Positions 46,598-57,300 of a DNA stretch of 64,000 nucleotides are shown here, one piece after another. This DNA comes from Alkalispirochaeta sp. (GTDB lineage Bacteria > Spirochaetota > Spirochaetia > DSM-27196 > Alkalispirochaetaceae): NCBI GenBank assembly GCA_965601925.1, contig OZ271854.1, positions 448,001 to 512,000 of the forward strand, written 5' to 3'. The number at the start of each line of letters is the position of its first letter. Position 1 is the first letter of the stretch. A model generated the notes under the pieces. The model saw nothing but the letters and a program-made list of their open reading frames with translations. It did no database searches and was not told the DNA's origin. The position numbers and the translations under genes were made by a program.

Positions 46598-48103
46598 ATG
46601 CATGGGAACACGAGTATCGTTGAAGCGCGGGAAGGGCTGGAAACGGGAGGCCTGTCGAGCAGGGCGCTCGTCGAGGCGTGTATCGCCGCGATCGAACGTT
46701 GGAACGGCGAGATAAACGCCGTTGTCACACGTCTGGACGACCGGGCGCGCAAAGAGGCCGACTCGGGGGATGCGCGTCGCGGAGAGAAGAGTACATCGCG
46801 ACCGCTCGAGGGGATACCGATCACGATAAAGGATCACCTCGCCGTCGGCGGCGTACGCAACACCAACGGCATGCCCCGGATGAGAGACTACGTGCCCGAC
46901 TTCGATGCGACCGTCGTCGAACGACTGCGGAACGCAGGCGCGATCGTTTTGGGCAAGAGCAACCTTCCGTTCATGGCCATGGATTTCCAGGCGCGGAGTC
47001 CCGTCTTCGGTGTCACCAACAACCCGTGGGACACCGCACGCACCAGCGGCGGAAGCACCGCCGGAGCGGCGGCGGTCGCCACGTGCATGTCATACATGGA
47101 AATCGGCAGCGATCTCGGCGGCTCGCTGCGTATCCCGGCCCACTTCTGCGGTGTTTACAGCATCCGCCCGACCGACTCGGCCGTCTCACGATACGGGCTT
47201 CATCCGGGAGGGCCCGCGTCGCGGTATCGCTCTACGCGGCATATGGCGGTACCGGGGCCGATTGCGCGCTCACTGGAGGACCTCACCCTGGCACTTGAAG
47301 TCGTCGCCGGACCGGACGGCCACGAGCCCGATCTCGGCTACCTTGCGCCGCCTCGCAACGAGCTCGGGAAAATCAGGTTCGCGTGGAGCGACTCGTGGCC
47401 GGGCCTGGAGATCACCGACTCGTATCGCGCGCGTATTCACGAGTTCGTCGCTCGGTGCGAGGCGAAGGGAATCGAGCTGACGCGGATCGAAGGGCCGCCG
47501 ATCGATGCCGTCGAGGCGTATCGTACGTTCGGAGCGCTGTTGAGTACCGAGATCATGCACCTTCCCTTGCCCGCTCGGCTCCTCGGGACGCTCTCGGGTC
47601 GAAAAACGCCGCGGGACTTCCCCGTTTATAACCCTCAACTCCGCATCGACCGCCGGCACCACGATCGGTGGGTGGTGCGACGGGACCGTCTCATGCGAGA
47701 GATCGAGGCGTTTCTCGCCCCCTTCGACGGGTATATCTGTCCGGTTACGACATCCCCGGCGCCGCTGCACCTCGTACCTCCCAAGGGCCGAACCATGGGT
47801 GTACACGATCTGTATGCTGAGGTGACGATACACGATAGACGCGAGCTCTACGGAAAGGCTTTCGCCGGATACACGGTCCCCTTCAGCGTTACCGGGAGTC
47901 CCGTCGTGAGTCTGCCGATCGGCCTCACCGACCGGGGACTACCGGTCGGAGTTCAAGTCGTCGGTCGACGCTTTCGCGACTTGGATCTCCTTGCCGCGTG
48001 CAGGGCGGTCGAGGAACGTATAGAATCGTCAGTGCCGGTAGCGGAGAAGTATGTCGGAGAGTTCGAAGAGCACCTACTACGACCGAGTCGACCGCGCCCT
48101 TGA
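46598..48103 (+). CDS. Amidase signature-family enzyme
   Basis: PLEGIPITIKD, GAIVLGKSN, NPWD..RTSGGS, GSDLGGSLRIPAHFCG, GLPVGVQVVG; AAGGAG RBS. Confidence 0.93.
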   Translation: MHGNTSIVEAREGLETGGLSSRALVEACIAAIERWNGEINAVVTRLDDRARKEADSGDARRGEKSTSRPLEGIPITIKDHLAVGGVRNTNGMPRMRDYVPDFDATVVERLRNAGAIVLGKSNLPFMAMDFQARSPVFGVTNNPWDTARTSGGSTAGAAAVATCMSYMEIGSDLGGSLRIPAHFCGVYSIRPTDSAVSRYGLHPGGPASRYRSTRHMAVPGPIARSLEDLTLALEVVAGPDGHEPDLGYLAPPRNELGKIRFAWSDSWPGLEITDSYRARIHEFVARCEAKGIELTRIEGPPIDAVEAYRTFGALLSTEIMHLPLPARLLGTLSGRKTPRDFPVYNPQLRIDRRHHDRWVVRRDRLMREIEAFLAPFDGYICPVTTSPAPLHLVPPKGRTMGVHDLYAEVTIHDRRELYGKAFAGYTVPFSVTGSPVVSLPIGLTDRGLPVGVQVVGRRFRDLDLLAACRAVEERIESSVPVAEKYVGEFEEHLLRPSRPRP

Positions 48104-48971
48104 GTATATCGAGCGCGACCTCTTTGAGGAGCTATCGATCGCTACGGTCGCCGCCGTCGCTCACATGTCGCCGTTCCACTTTCATCGCCTCTTTCAGGCG
48201 CTGGTCGGCGATCCGGTTGTGGAGTACATCACGCGTCGGCGGCTCTCCTCGATCGTGTCGCGACTGCGGGACGGTATGCCGGTGGTGGAGGCGGCGTTCC
48301 TGTGCGGGTACGCCAGCCACGAAGCGTTCACGCGGGCATTCAAGCGGTGCTACGGCGTACCGCCCGGGAGGATCGCACAATACGGTGCGGAGCTTCCCAC
48401 CTATCCTTCGATGGTAGGCATGCTCGATCGATCCGACACGCGGCGATCGACGCCGGCGGTTGAGGGGCCGGTGTTCGTTCGAGAGGCGGGATTTACGGTG
48501 GTCGGAATCACGCGCGAGGTCGAGATCGCCGGATATCGCACGGCGCGCGAAATCATGACGTTGTGGAAGGAGCTCCGACGGAGCGCGGGGAGACTCCCCT
48601 CCTCGCGTCTGTTCGGTGTCTCCGGCGGTTTCCCGGAACGCGGAGGGGCGTTGCGGGAGGGAGATCGATTCTCCTACACGGCCGGTATCGAATCGGGCTC
48701 CCTGGAGACCTACCCCGTGTACTGGAACCACCGATACATCCCGGCCTACCGGTACGCCGTCTTCATCTATCTCGGCCCGCAGCGGCGCATACGAGACCTC
48801 TACGATTGGATATACCGGCGCTGGCTCTTGGAATCGGGCGCGGCACTCGAGGGCGACTTCTCCCTGGAGTGCTACACCGACACGCGTCGCATCGCCCGCA
48901 TCCGTTCGCGCGCCGAGGTATGGGTGCCGTTGCAACCGCTGGAGGCGACCTCGAACGCACCGGATCGTTAG
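48051..48971 (+). CDS. AraC-family regulator with GyrI-like effector domain
   Basis: SPFHFHRLF, GYASHEAFTRAFK..YG.PP; C-terminal YAVF.Y.G..IYRRWL. Confidence 0.9.
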   Translation: MSESSKSTYYDRVDRALEYIERDLFEELSIATVAAVAHMSPFHFHRLFQALVGDPVVEYITRRRLSSIVSRLRDGMPVVEAAFLCGYASHEAFTRAFKRCYGVPPGRIAQYGAELPTYPSMVGMLDRSDTRRSTPAVEGPVFVREAGFTVVGITREVEIAGYRTAREIMTLWKELRRSAGRLPSSRLFGVSGGFPERGGALREGDRFSYTAGIESGSLETYPVYWNHRYIPAYRYAVFIYLGPQRRIRDLYDWIYRRWLLESGAALEGDFSLECYTDTRRIARIRSRAEVWVPLQPLEATSNAPDR

Positions 48972-49005
48972 AGGGCGCTCTCCCTGAGCGGCGATATCGA
49001 CTCGC

Positions 49006-50868
49006 TTACGTATCGTCGTCGGTCTTGAACACCGAGAGTTGTGCCTCGACCTCCTTGACGTTCTGATTGTTCTTGTCACCCGATGCGGATATCTCCTCGA
49101 CCGAGGAGAAAATCTCCGAAATCCCCGTGACCATCTCGGTGATACCGACCTTCGTCTCCGCAGAGACGCCTTCCAACTGCTCCATGGAATCGCTAATGTT
49201 CGAAATCTTCGAGTCCATCTCGGACGATGCTTCTTTCACGTCGTCGGTCGTGCTTATGAGAGTGTCCAGAGCCGTGACGATCTGTCGACTCCCTTCCGAG
49301 AGCTCCGAGGTCGCGTACTGAATCTCTTCCATCCCCGAGGCGACCTTGGTGATCGAGGAGACCATATCGGCGAAGACGCCGCCGGTCTTCTCGGTGGTCT
49401 GTTTCGAAGTATCGATGAATCCGCGAATCTCCTCGAGCGAGCCGGTAATCTGCTGCGCCGAGCGCGCCGAACTCTCGGCCAGTTTGCGAATCTCACCGGC
49501 GACGACGGCAAACCCTTTTCCCGCGTCACCGGCGTGGGCCGCCTCGATGGCGGCGTTCATCGCCAGAAGATTCGTCTGGGAGGCGATACCCTGTATGACG
49601 GATATCATCTCCATAATCACATTCGCCGAGTCGGCCACCCTGTTAATGACGCTGACCGTCTCCTTCATCTCAGTCTCTCCGTGGGATGCGGTCTCCTGGA
49701 GTTGCCGCGTGATGACCAGCTTATCCTCGGCCGACCGCGCCATCGTGTGGATGGACGCCGAAATCTCCTCGATCGCCGCCGAAGACTGTGTGATAGAGGC
49801 CGCCTGCGAGGCGATGAGGCCTCTCACATGGGAGATGAACTGCCTGATATCCTTCGCCGACTTGCTGGACGTAATGATCTCGCCGTCCAAGCGTTCGATG
49901 CGGGACATCATCGACTCCGAGGTCGCCTTCATCTCTTCGAGCGAGGAGGCGGTCCGTTCCGCGGTCGCTGCAAGCTCGGTGCCGATGATGCGCGCGTCGA
50001 CCGCCGTCACCTTGATCCTACGAATCATGCCGTTTATAGAGGAGAGGAACTCATTGTAAAAGCCGGACAACGTCCCGATTTCGTCCTTGGTATCGATATC
50101 GGAATAGGCCGTTAGATCCCCCGAGGAGGCCAGCTCGAAGTTTCCGACGTACGCTGAAAGGGGATTGAGAATTCTCGATACGACCAGTAGAAGCAGGAGG
50201 CTCAACGCGGCGGAAACGGCGGCGGTAACGAGGACGATATTGCGCGCCGCCTGCGCTTGCGTTGCGCGCGCTTGATCGAGCGAGCTGATGACCTGGAACG
50301 CGCCGTGCATCTCGCCGGCCTGCCACCCCTCTCTGATACCGCCCACCGGATCGACGGATCCGGCGGGAAATCCGTGACAGAGAAGACAGTCGGGGGTGAG
50401 CACGATGGGCCGGAAGTATCGGATCTGATTGTCCTCGAAGATAATTCGTTCTTCCAAGTTGTTATCCCGCATATCCCGAAGTACCGTGAGCTCCAGCTCC
50501 GTCGGCTCGTTTTCCGGATTTCGAGGACTCTCTTTAGGTACGCGAAAGGTGTAGCCCAACTCTTCGGCGTTTTGCTCCGCGACGGCGATTGCGGTAAGAA
50601 CCGGGATGCCCTCCAGTAACAGCGCAGGGTCCCGCTCGGCCAGCTCATCGAGATCCGTAACGACTCCGATCTCCAGCTTGTGGCCCATCTCATTGCGGAC
50701 CGATTCCGCCGCCTGCACGACGGCACGACTGCGTTCCAGAATCGCTATCTCCGCCTGCTCGCCGATATCGTTTATGTACATCGAGGTAATGACGGCGGCC
50801 AACACCAACAGGCCGAACACCGACACGCCCAACACTCTGAATTTCATACTGATATCTCGGAACCTCAC
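49006..50868 (-). CDS. Methyl-accepting chemotaxis protein with heme-c (DUF3365/Tll0287-like) sensor
   Basis: [70 protein letters not shown]. Confidence 0.93.
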   Translation of the reverse strand: MRFRDISMKFRVLGVSVFGLLVLAAVITSMYINDIGEQAEIAILERSRAVVQAAESVRNEMGHKLEIGVVTDLDELAERDPALLLEGIPVLTAIAVAEQNAEELGYTFRVPKESPRNPENEPTELELTVLRDMRDNNLEERIIFEDNQIRYFRPIVLTPDCLLCHGFPAGSVDPVGGIREGWQAGEMHGAFQVISSLDQARATQAQAARNIVLVTAAVSAALSLLLLLVVSRILNPLSAYVGNFELASSGDLTAYSDIDTKDEIGTLSGFYNEFLSSINGMIRRIKVTAVDARIIGTELAATAERTASSLEEMKATSESMMSRIERLDGEIITSSKSAKDIRQFISHVRGLIASQAASITQSSAAIEEISASIHTMARSAEDKLVITRQLQETASHGETEMKETVSVINRVADSANVIMEMISVIQGIASQTNLLAMNAAIEAAHAGDAGKGFAVVAGEIRKLAESSARSAQQITGSLEEIRGFIDTSKQTTEKTGGVFADMVSSITKVASGMEEIQYATSELSEGSRQIVTALDTLISTTDDVKEASSEMDSKISNISDSMEQLEGVSAETKVGITEMVTGISEIFSSVEEISASGDKNNQNVKEVEAQLSVFKTDDDT

Positions 50869-50970
50869 CGCGGAACCTCCCAATGTGCTGCTTACCAATA
50901 ATTGTAGAACACCGGGATTTCGATTGCCACAGAATGGGGGGCACACAATGTGCGAGACGCGGAGTCGGGC

Positions 50971-52272
50971 TTATAGGCTGCGCCGCCCCCCCACGTAAAC
51001 CGACACGCGCCCCGTCGATTCGGAGACGGCTATCGTAACCGTTTGGGTGACGCCGGTGATGGCGCGCGCGGTGGCGTGGCGGGCCCCTTCGCCGGGACGC
51101 AGGTCGAGATGCTCGGAGGTAACGGCTATGTAGGTGCCGGCCGACGCGACCGTTCCGTCGGGCCTGATGACGAACGCACCGTCAATTTTGGAGAACTCTT
51201 TGATCGTCTCCTCCAAGGACGGATCCAGGATGTTGCGCGCCTCCTCGGGGTATCCGAGAAACGGATTGACGATCAGCTGGTGGGTGTATTCGGTCAGTTC
51301 CTCCTCGGAGCCGATTACGAAGAGGCATCCGATGGGCTTTCCTTCGCGCCCCTCCGAGGCGATCTCCCGCGCCAGCTGGAGCACCTTCCGCGATACCACG
51401 TGGTGAACTCCCGCGGGCAGGCGGTGTGACTGCCGGTGGGCGACGGTGACGACGCGGATCGTGGACAGCCGGTTGGAGGCTCGCGACCCGTAGACTACCA
51501 CCAGCACCTGTCGGTCTTCGAACGCTCCGACGACTGACAACCGCTCGATTTCGCTCTCTACGGCGACCTCGTCGAGCTTCGGGAGGCGCAGACCGGCGAT
51601 CCACTTTGCCGGTACGGAGCGGTCCTCCTCCAAGGAGGCCGACAGAAGAAAGCCCTTGAAGTCTGCGAGCGCCTCTCGCAATCGACGACGATCCGAAAAG
51701 GTGTCCGCGACCACGGCCAGCTCGGCATACGGTAGGGCCGTACTCACGTCCCGCGCCGCCGCTAAGAGTGCCTCGTTCGCTACGTGGAGTCCGTCCGAGG
51801 CGGCCCGGTCGCCGGCATCGGCGTGGTGAGAGGCGACGATCCCGAGCACTTCGCCCTCACTTTCGGCGGCGTCGATCGCGTCGGTTACTCCCGGCGTCCG
51901 AAGGATCCGTGCGATGGAGCTCATGGCCGCAAGATGGCGCCGATCGCCACCGGCAAAGAGCACAATGAGCCGTACCGTCCGATCCGGAGGATCCCATACG
52001 AGGGGAGTACGACACACGCCGACGACGACGATACTGTCGCCGTTACCCGGCTCTACGGCGTGCGGAAAGGCGATGTCGTCGGACACGATCGAGGTCGCGA
52101 TCGCCTCGCGCTCTCGAGCGAGGCGCGCGATAGTGTCGCCGGAAAGATCGGTGCAGTGGGATGAGGCCGCCTCGGCAAGCGTATTGAGCGCCTCGTCCTT
52201 GTCCGTCGTACGCAGAAAGGCCGCGCTGACGCTCGTTGCGCCGTCGGTGTCGTGCTCAAGGGTTATCCGCAT
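50971..52272 (-). CDS. PTS EIIA-domain / DisA_N diadenylate cyclase fusion
   Basis: N-terminal ARE...T....IAFPHA (EIIA); C-terminal EGREGKPIG, NPF.G, IDGAF, GARH.TA.AIT, VSESTG.V. Confidence 0.88.
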   Translation of the reverse strand: MRITLEHDTDGATSVSAAFLRTTDKDEALNTLAEAASSHCTDLSGDTIARLAREREAIATSIVSDDIAFPHAVEPGNGDSIVVVGVCRTPLVWDPPDRTVRLIVLFAGGDRRHLAAMSSIARILRTPGVTDAIDAAESEGEVLGIVASHHADAGDRAASDGLHVANEALLAAARDVSTALPYAELAVVADTFSDRRRLREALADFKGFLLSASLEEDRSVPAKWIAGLRLPKLDEVAVESEIERLSVVGAFEDRQVLVVVYGSRASNRLSTIRVVTVAHRQSHRLPAGVHHVVSRKVLQLAREIASEGREGKPIGCLFVIGSEEELTEYTHQLIVNPFLGYPEEARNILDPSLEETIKEFSKIDGAFVIRPDGTVASAGTYIAVTSEHLDLRPGEGARHATARAITGVTQTVTIAVSESTGRVSVYVGGRRSL

Positions 52273-52345
52273 ACAAAAACCTCCCTGCCGCGGGAGACGC
52301 GCCTCCGCGTCCCCCACCTCTCGTACAACGTCCGGCCGCCTCGAG

Positions 52346-54223
52346 TCAGGCGTGGCGTCGACGCTCACCGAGTAACAGCACGCGCCGTAAGTCGTGAACG
52401 TTACGCGCACCGTCCCAGTCCGCCTGAAATGTATCGCTCTGCAAAAGCTGCGCAATTGCAACCAGGGAGCGCAGGTGCTGGTCGCGTTGATCCTTGGTGC
52501 CGATGAGCACGAACGCGCTGTACGCCGTCTCCCCCTCCGCGGTCCAGCGTATGCCGTGGCGATTACGTACCAACAGGAGTTCCAAGCGCCCCGTCCCTTC
52601 CAAAATGATATGCGGAATCGCGTGCGGGAGCGCGACGCCGGGATACAACAGCGTCGACGCTTGTCCCTCGCGCTCGTTGAGGCGTTCGATCACCTTGTCC
52701 GCGGGGACCTCCCATCGCGCTGCGACCTCCCTCCCGACGAGATCGAACAGATCGTCGCGCGACGTCTCCGCATCCATGTCCACAACGACCGCATCGCGCA
52801 CCATCGCGTCGAAGGTGTCTTCGATGACCTCGTTCCGCTCCAAGAGAATCTCCAACAGCTCGTCTTCGAGCCCTTGATCGACATCCTCCAACTCCGGCCC
52901 GGCGAGCGTCTTCACGACCCGGACGAACGCCGATTTTCGATTGCTGCGCGGACGAGCGTAGGCAACGTACCACAGGATCGACAGCAATGCCATTGCGGCG
53001 ATAACGATGAGCGGCAGCGTTCCGATGGTGGCAAGCAACGCGCCGTACACGACGATGCCGATGATCTGTAAGTACGGGAACAGGGGGGCGCGAAAGGTCG
53101 GCCGGTAGGTGTGGATCGAGGCAAGGCGTACGACCAGGAGTGCGAGATTGGTAGAGAAAAACAAAAAGAGCATGAACGCACTCGCTACCTGCGCCAACTC
53201 TGCGACATCGAGAAATGCGACCACGCTCGCCATGACGGCCGAGGTGAGAATAATCGCGGCGACCGGCGTACCGAAGCGTGGGCTCACACGGCCGAACCAC
53301 GACGGAAGAAGTACATCGCGGCTCATGGACATCGGCACGCGCGAGGCGGTCATGATACCGGCGTTGCCGGTTGTGACGAAGGCGAGGATCGCCGCCACGG
53401 TGACGGCGACGAACATGCCGTTGGGGAGAATCGTAAACCGAGAGGCCGCGTCGCTCAGCGGGGCCACCGACAAAGCGAACTCGCCGGGGGGGAACATGGC
53501 GGTCAGGAGAAGAACGACCACGACGTAAAGCAGCTGGACGACCAAAAAGGCGGCCGTCATACCGCGCACGAGGGACTTGCGCGGATCGCGCACCTCTTCG
53601 GCGATGTTCGCGATCTTGGTGATCCCCCCGTAGGATATGAACACCATGCCGGTAACCGGCAATAGGGCGCCGACGTTCTCGGTTTCCAGACGCGAGGCGA
53701 CGCCTTCAAACGAAGTATCTACGAATCCGACGACGATGAAGGCGACGAGAATGGCGAGCAGCACCGCGACCATGACGTTTTGCACGCCGCTTGAGCTCTC
53801 GACGCTGAGAATGTTTAAGACGCCGAAGAGGACGCACAGTCCGACGCCGACGATACGCACGTGGGTATCGGTGATCGCCGGCGACAGCAGTGATACGAAT
53901 AGGCCGATTCCCAACAGAGCGAATGCGGACTTGAGGGCAATCGTCAGCCAACTCGCGACGCCCGCGAGAATTCCCATCGGTGTCCCCATGATCCGTTCCA
54001 GAAAGAAATAGGTTCCGCCCGATTTCGGAATGGCTGTGGCGAGCTCCAATTGGGTGAAGACTGCGGGGACCATCAAAAGGCCCGCCACGAAGTACGCCGC
54101 GATCACCCACGCTCCGGCCTCGGCGTAGGCGACCGACGGCAGGACGAACAGGCCGGAGCTGATCATCGACCCGGCGCCGATGCTGAACACGCCGACCGCC
54201 GATAGTTTCCGTTCCATCTTCAC
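52346..54223 (-). CDS. APC-family permease with C-terminal PTS EIIA domain
   Basis: GSMISSGLFVLP, ELATAIPKSGG.Y, AEEVRDP, SRVPMSMSRD; C-terminal LNERE..ST....VALPH. Confidence 0.9.
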   Translation of the reverse strand: MKMERKLSAVGVFSIGAGSMISSGLFVLPSVAYAEAGAWVIAAYFVAGLLMVPAVFTQLELATAIPKSGGTYFFLERIMGTPMGILAGVASWLTIALKSAFALLGIGLFVSLLSPAITDTHVRIVGVGLCVLFGVLNILSVESSSGVQNVMVAVLLAILVAFIVVGFVDTSFEGVASRLETENVGALLPVTGMVFISYGGITKIANIAEEVRDPRKSLVRGMTAAFLVVQLLYVVVVLLLTAMFPPGEFALSVAPLSDAASRFTILPNGMFVAVTVAAILAFVTTGNAGIMTASRVPMSMSRDVLLPSWFGRVSPRFGTPVAAIILTSAVMASVVAFLDVAELAQVASAFMLFLFFSTNLALLVVRLASIHTYRPTFRAPLFPYLQIIGIVVYGALLATIGTLPLIVIAAMALLSILWYVAYARPRSNRKSAFVRVVKTLAGPELEDVDQGLEDELLEILLERNEVIEDTFDAMVRDAVVVDMDAETSRDDLFDLVGREVAARWEVPADKVIERLNEREGQASTLLYPGVALPHAIPHIILEGTGRLELLLVRNRHGIRWTAEGETAYSAFVLIGTKDQRDQHLRSLVAIAQLLQSDTFQADWDGARNVHDLRRVLLLGERRRHA

Positions 54224-54322
54224 GAGCTACTCCTCTTGTAACCGATGCCCCAGCAACGGGTCGGCACGCACGGGGGCGACGGCTCCGAGTCTCCTCATCC
54301 CGCGGCCGCAATGGACGCGTCG

Positions 54323-57300
54323 TTACGCCGTTGTACGTTCGGAAACGTTGTCGCGCGTGGAGGTTCCGACACGCCGTTTTCTTTTCTCGTTCATAATAAC
54401 CATTTGGAGACGATTCTCTATATTGCCCAGGCTCGTATCGGGATCGAAATCGAGGCTGATAATGTTCAACCCGGGGCGCTCCTGCTTGATCCGCTTCTCG
54501 AATCCCCGCCCGGTGACGTGGTTGGGCAGACACCCGAAGGGTTGCACGATGACGAACGATTCAATCCCATGGTCGGCCATTGCGATAATCTCACCGGGGA
54601 TCTTCCATCCCTCGGCACCGCGGTAGGTAAGATCGATCATCCCACGGGCGGCGTCGGCGATCTCCTCGATCATCGTCACTTTCTCATCGAACCGGAACGC
54701 GCGTCCGACCTCGCGCACTCGGGAACGCACCGTGTCGTATACCCGTTCGGAAAACGACGCAACCGACCGATCGAGGAGCGGGTGACTACTCCATCCGCGC
54801 GAGGCGACCTCATTGTCGATGAAGGGGTTCTTCCGAAAGAAGAGGTGCATATCCGGAATCACGATCTCCATACCGTGACGTTCCAGATAGCCGCCGACAT
54901 CGAAGTTGGCCGTGGGATGGTAGTTGAGAAGAATCTCGCCCACGATTCCGACTCGCGGCTTTCGGTCTACCCCGTCGTCCAACGCGACGGCGTTGAAGGC
55001 GGCGATCGCCCGTGCCAGAGCGTCCAGCGCACGGCGATAGTTGACTGCCAGGGCGTTGCAAACCGCCTCGACACCGCGCTCCAGGCACGAACGCACCGTT
55101 CCGGCTACCGCCTCGTAGGGCCGCAAACGACGCGCAATACGCTCCAACTCGTCGAGTATCGTTACGCCCCACAACAACCCCAGCTTGTCGGCCAGGCTAA
55201 AACGAAATCCGGGATGCCACACTTTCGTGTCGGTACCCGTAGTAACGATCGGCACCTGAAGGAGGCCGGCGGCGTCCAAGGCGCGGCGTGCGACGGCGGG
55301 ATATTGGCTGGCGCGACACGACTCACAGTTCTTCGCAAGGCCCAACGCCGACGTTGCCGGGTCGATCGTTCCTCGCTCCACGCACGCGAGAAACTCCCCG
55401 ATGTTGACCTGCGCCGGAAAGCATATGTCATTGTGAACGTACCGTTTACCGAGTTCGAATGCTCGAGAATCGGCCAATGGGAGTGTTTGCAGGCGCACGC
55501 CTCGACGACCCAACACCGCCGTCATACAGCGCGAAAAGGCGGGGCTGAGGTTCGGAACGTAGATCGTCTTTGCCGATCGATCGCGGCGTCGGTAACGCGG
55601 AGGGGTCGTGGGGGCGGTAGGTCGCGCGGCGCCCCGCCGTCGCTCCCGTACCGTCTCGATAAACGAGTCGATGCGCAGCCGCAACGGTCCCGCGGCGCTC
55701 CCGTCGTCGACCTTGAGCATGAGAGGGACCTTGCCGGCCCGCGTCTTCAGTATCCAGGCGGCCTCGTCGGCGATCACGGCGTCGTGCCCGCACCCGAAGC
55801 TGACGATCTGAACCATCTCGAGCGCCGCGTTGCGCGCCACCAACTCCGCGGTCGCCAGAACGCGGCTATGAAACGTGATCTCGTTTTCCATCGTGGTGTG
55901 CGACAGGTCGACGCGCGATAATCCGTCCAACGCCTCGGGGATCAGTACCGAGACGCCGTGCCGGGCAAACAACTCGGGAATGTCGTGGTTGATGAATCGA
56001 TCCGCGTGATACGGTCGCCCCACCATTACGACGGCAAAGTCGTCGTTGGCCATAGGGCGCGCCAACACGTCGTTTCCCGCATCGACCAAAAGGCGACGGT
56101 GCCGTGCCAAGGCCGCATCGGCGTGCCGGATCGCGGTGTGGGCAACGTGCGGCGCGATGCCGAACTCCCGCTCCAGAAACGATACGATCTGTTGAGTTCT
56201 ACCGCGCCGAGTGTACCAATGAAAGATGGGATGCAGGAGCGGTTTCCCGTGCCGCGTGAGGGGCTCGTGCATGTTCCCGAGGACCATCGGATACCCCTGC
56301 ACGACGGCGCAATAATGGGCCCCCGACGCGGAACTCGACTCCTTCTCGCCGTAGAGCATCTGGGGTAGAAAAATCGCGTCTACCGAGCGGTCCAATAAAT
56401 CCTCGACGTGTCCGTGAGCGATTTTGGCGGGCAGGCAGATCGTATCCGAGCTCACGTAGGTGACGCCGCGGTCGTACTGAACCGGCGTCGTGGGTCGCGA
56501 GTAGACGACCCGAAAACCGACCGTGCGAAACAACGCGTTCCAGAACGGGGCGGTCTCCCACATGTCGAGAACGCGCGGGATACCGATAGTGAAGTTTTGC
56601 GCCTCCCGTAGCGACGGAACCTCCTGTTGTTCAAAGAGCGCCCGTCGTCTGAGGGCGACGAGGTTGACGCCGGTGGTCGGTTCCGTATGTATCGCTTTCG
56701 TGCCGTCGGATAACGCACCGCCGCGATAACACCGATTACCACCGACGTGGGTCGCGCCGTTGGAAAACCGCACGACGGTACGGGCGCACGCGTTGGCGCA
56801 CAACGAGCACGGTTCGATCTCCTCTCGCCGCCACGACAATGCAAGAAACTCCTCGATGGAGCGCGCCCGCCCGCGTGCACCGTGCGACCACGACACGCTC
56901 CCCGCCGCTTCCATGCCCAACAGCGCCGCGCCGATCGCCCCCATATGTTTGGGATACGAGGGACGCACGAGGTCGCGGGACAGATACCGCTCGGCGGCGC
57001 GAAGGACCGCGTCGTTGGCGAACGTCCCCCCCTCGACGACGATAGTGTCGCCTAACTTCGCGAGATTGTGGGGCCGCACCACCTTTTCGAAGACGTTTTG
57101 CACGACCGAAACGCACAAACCGGCGAGCACATCCTCGGTCGACTTGCCGCGCCGTTGCTCGGTGATGATGGATGAGTTCATAAACACCGTGCACCGCGAA
57201 CCGAGCTTAGCGGGCGAGCGACTCCTCAAGGCGTGGGACGCGACCTCTCCGATCGGTACCGATAGCGTATCGGCGTATGACTCGAGAAAACTCCCGCAGC

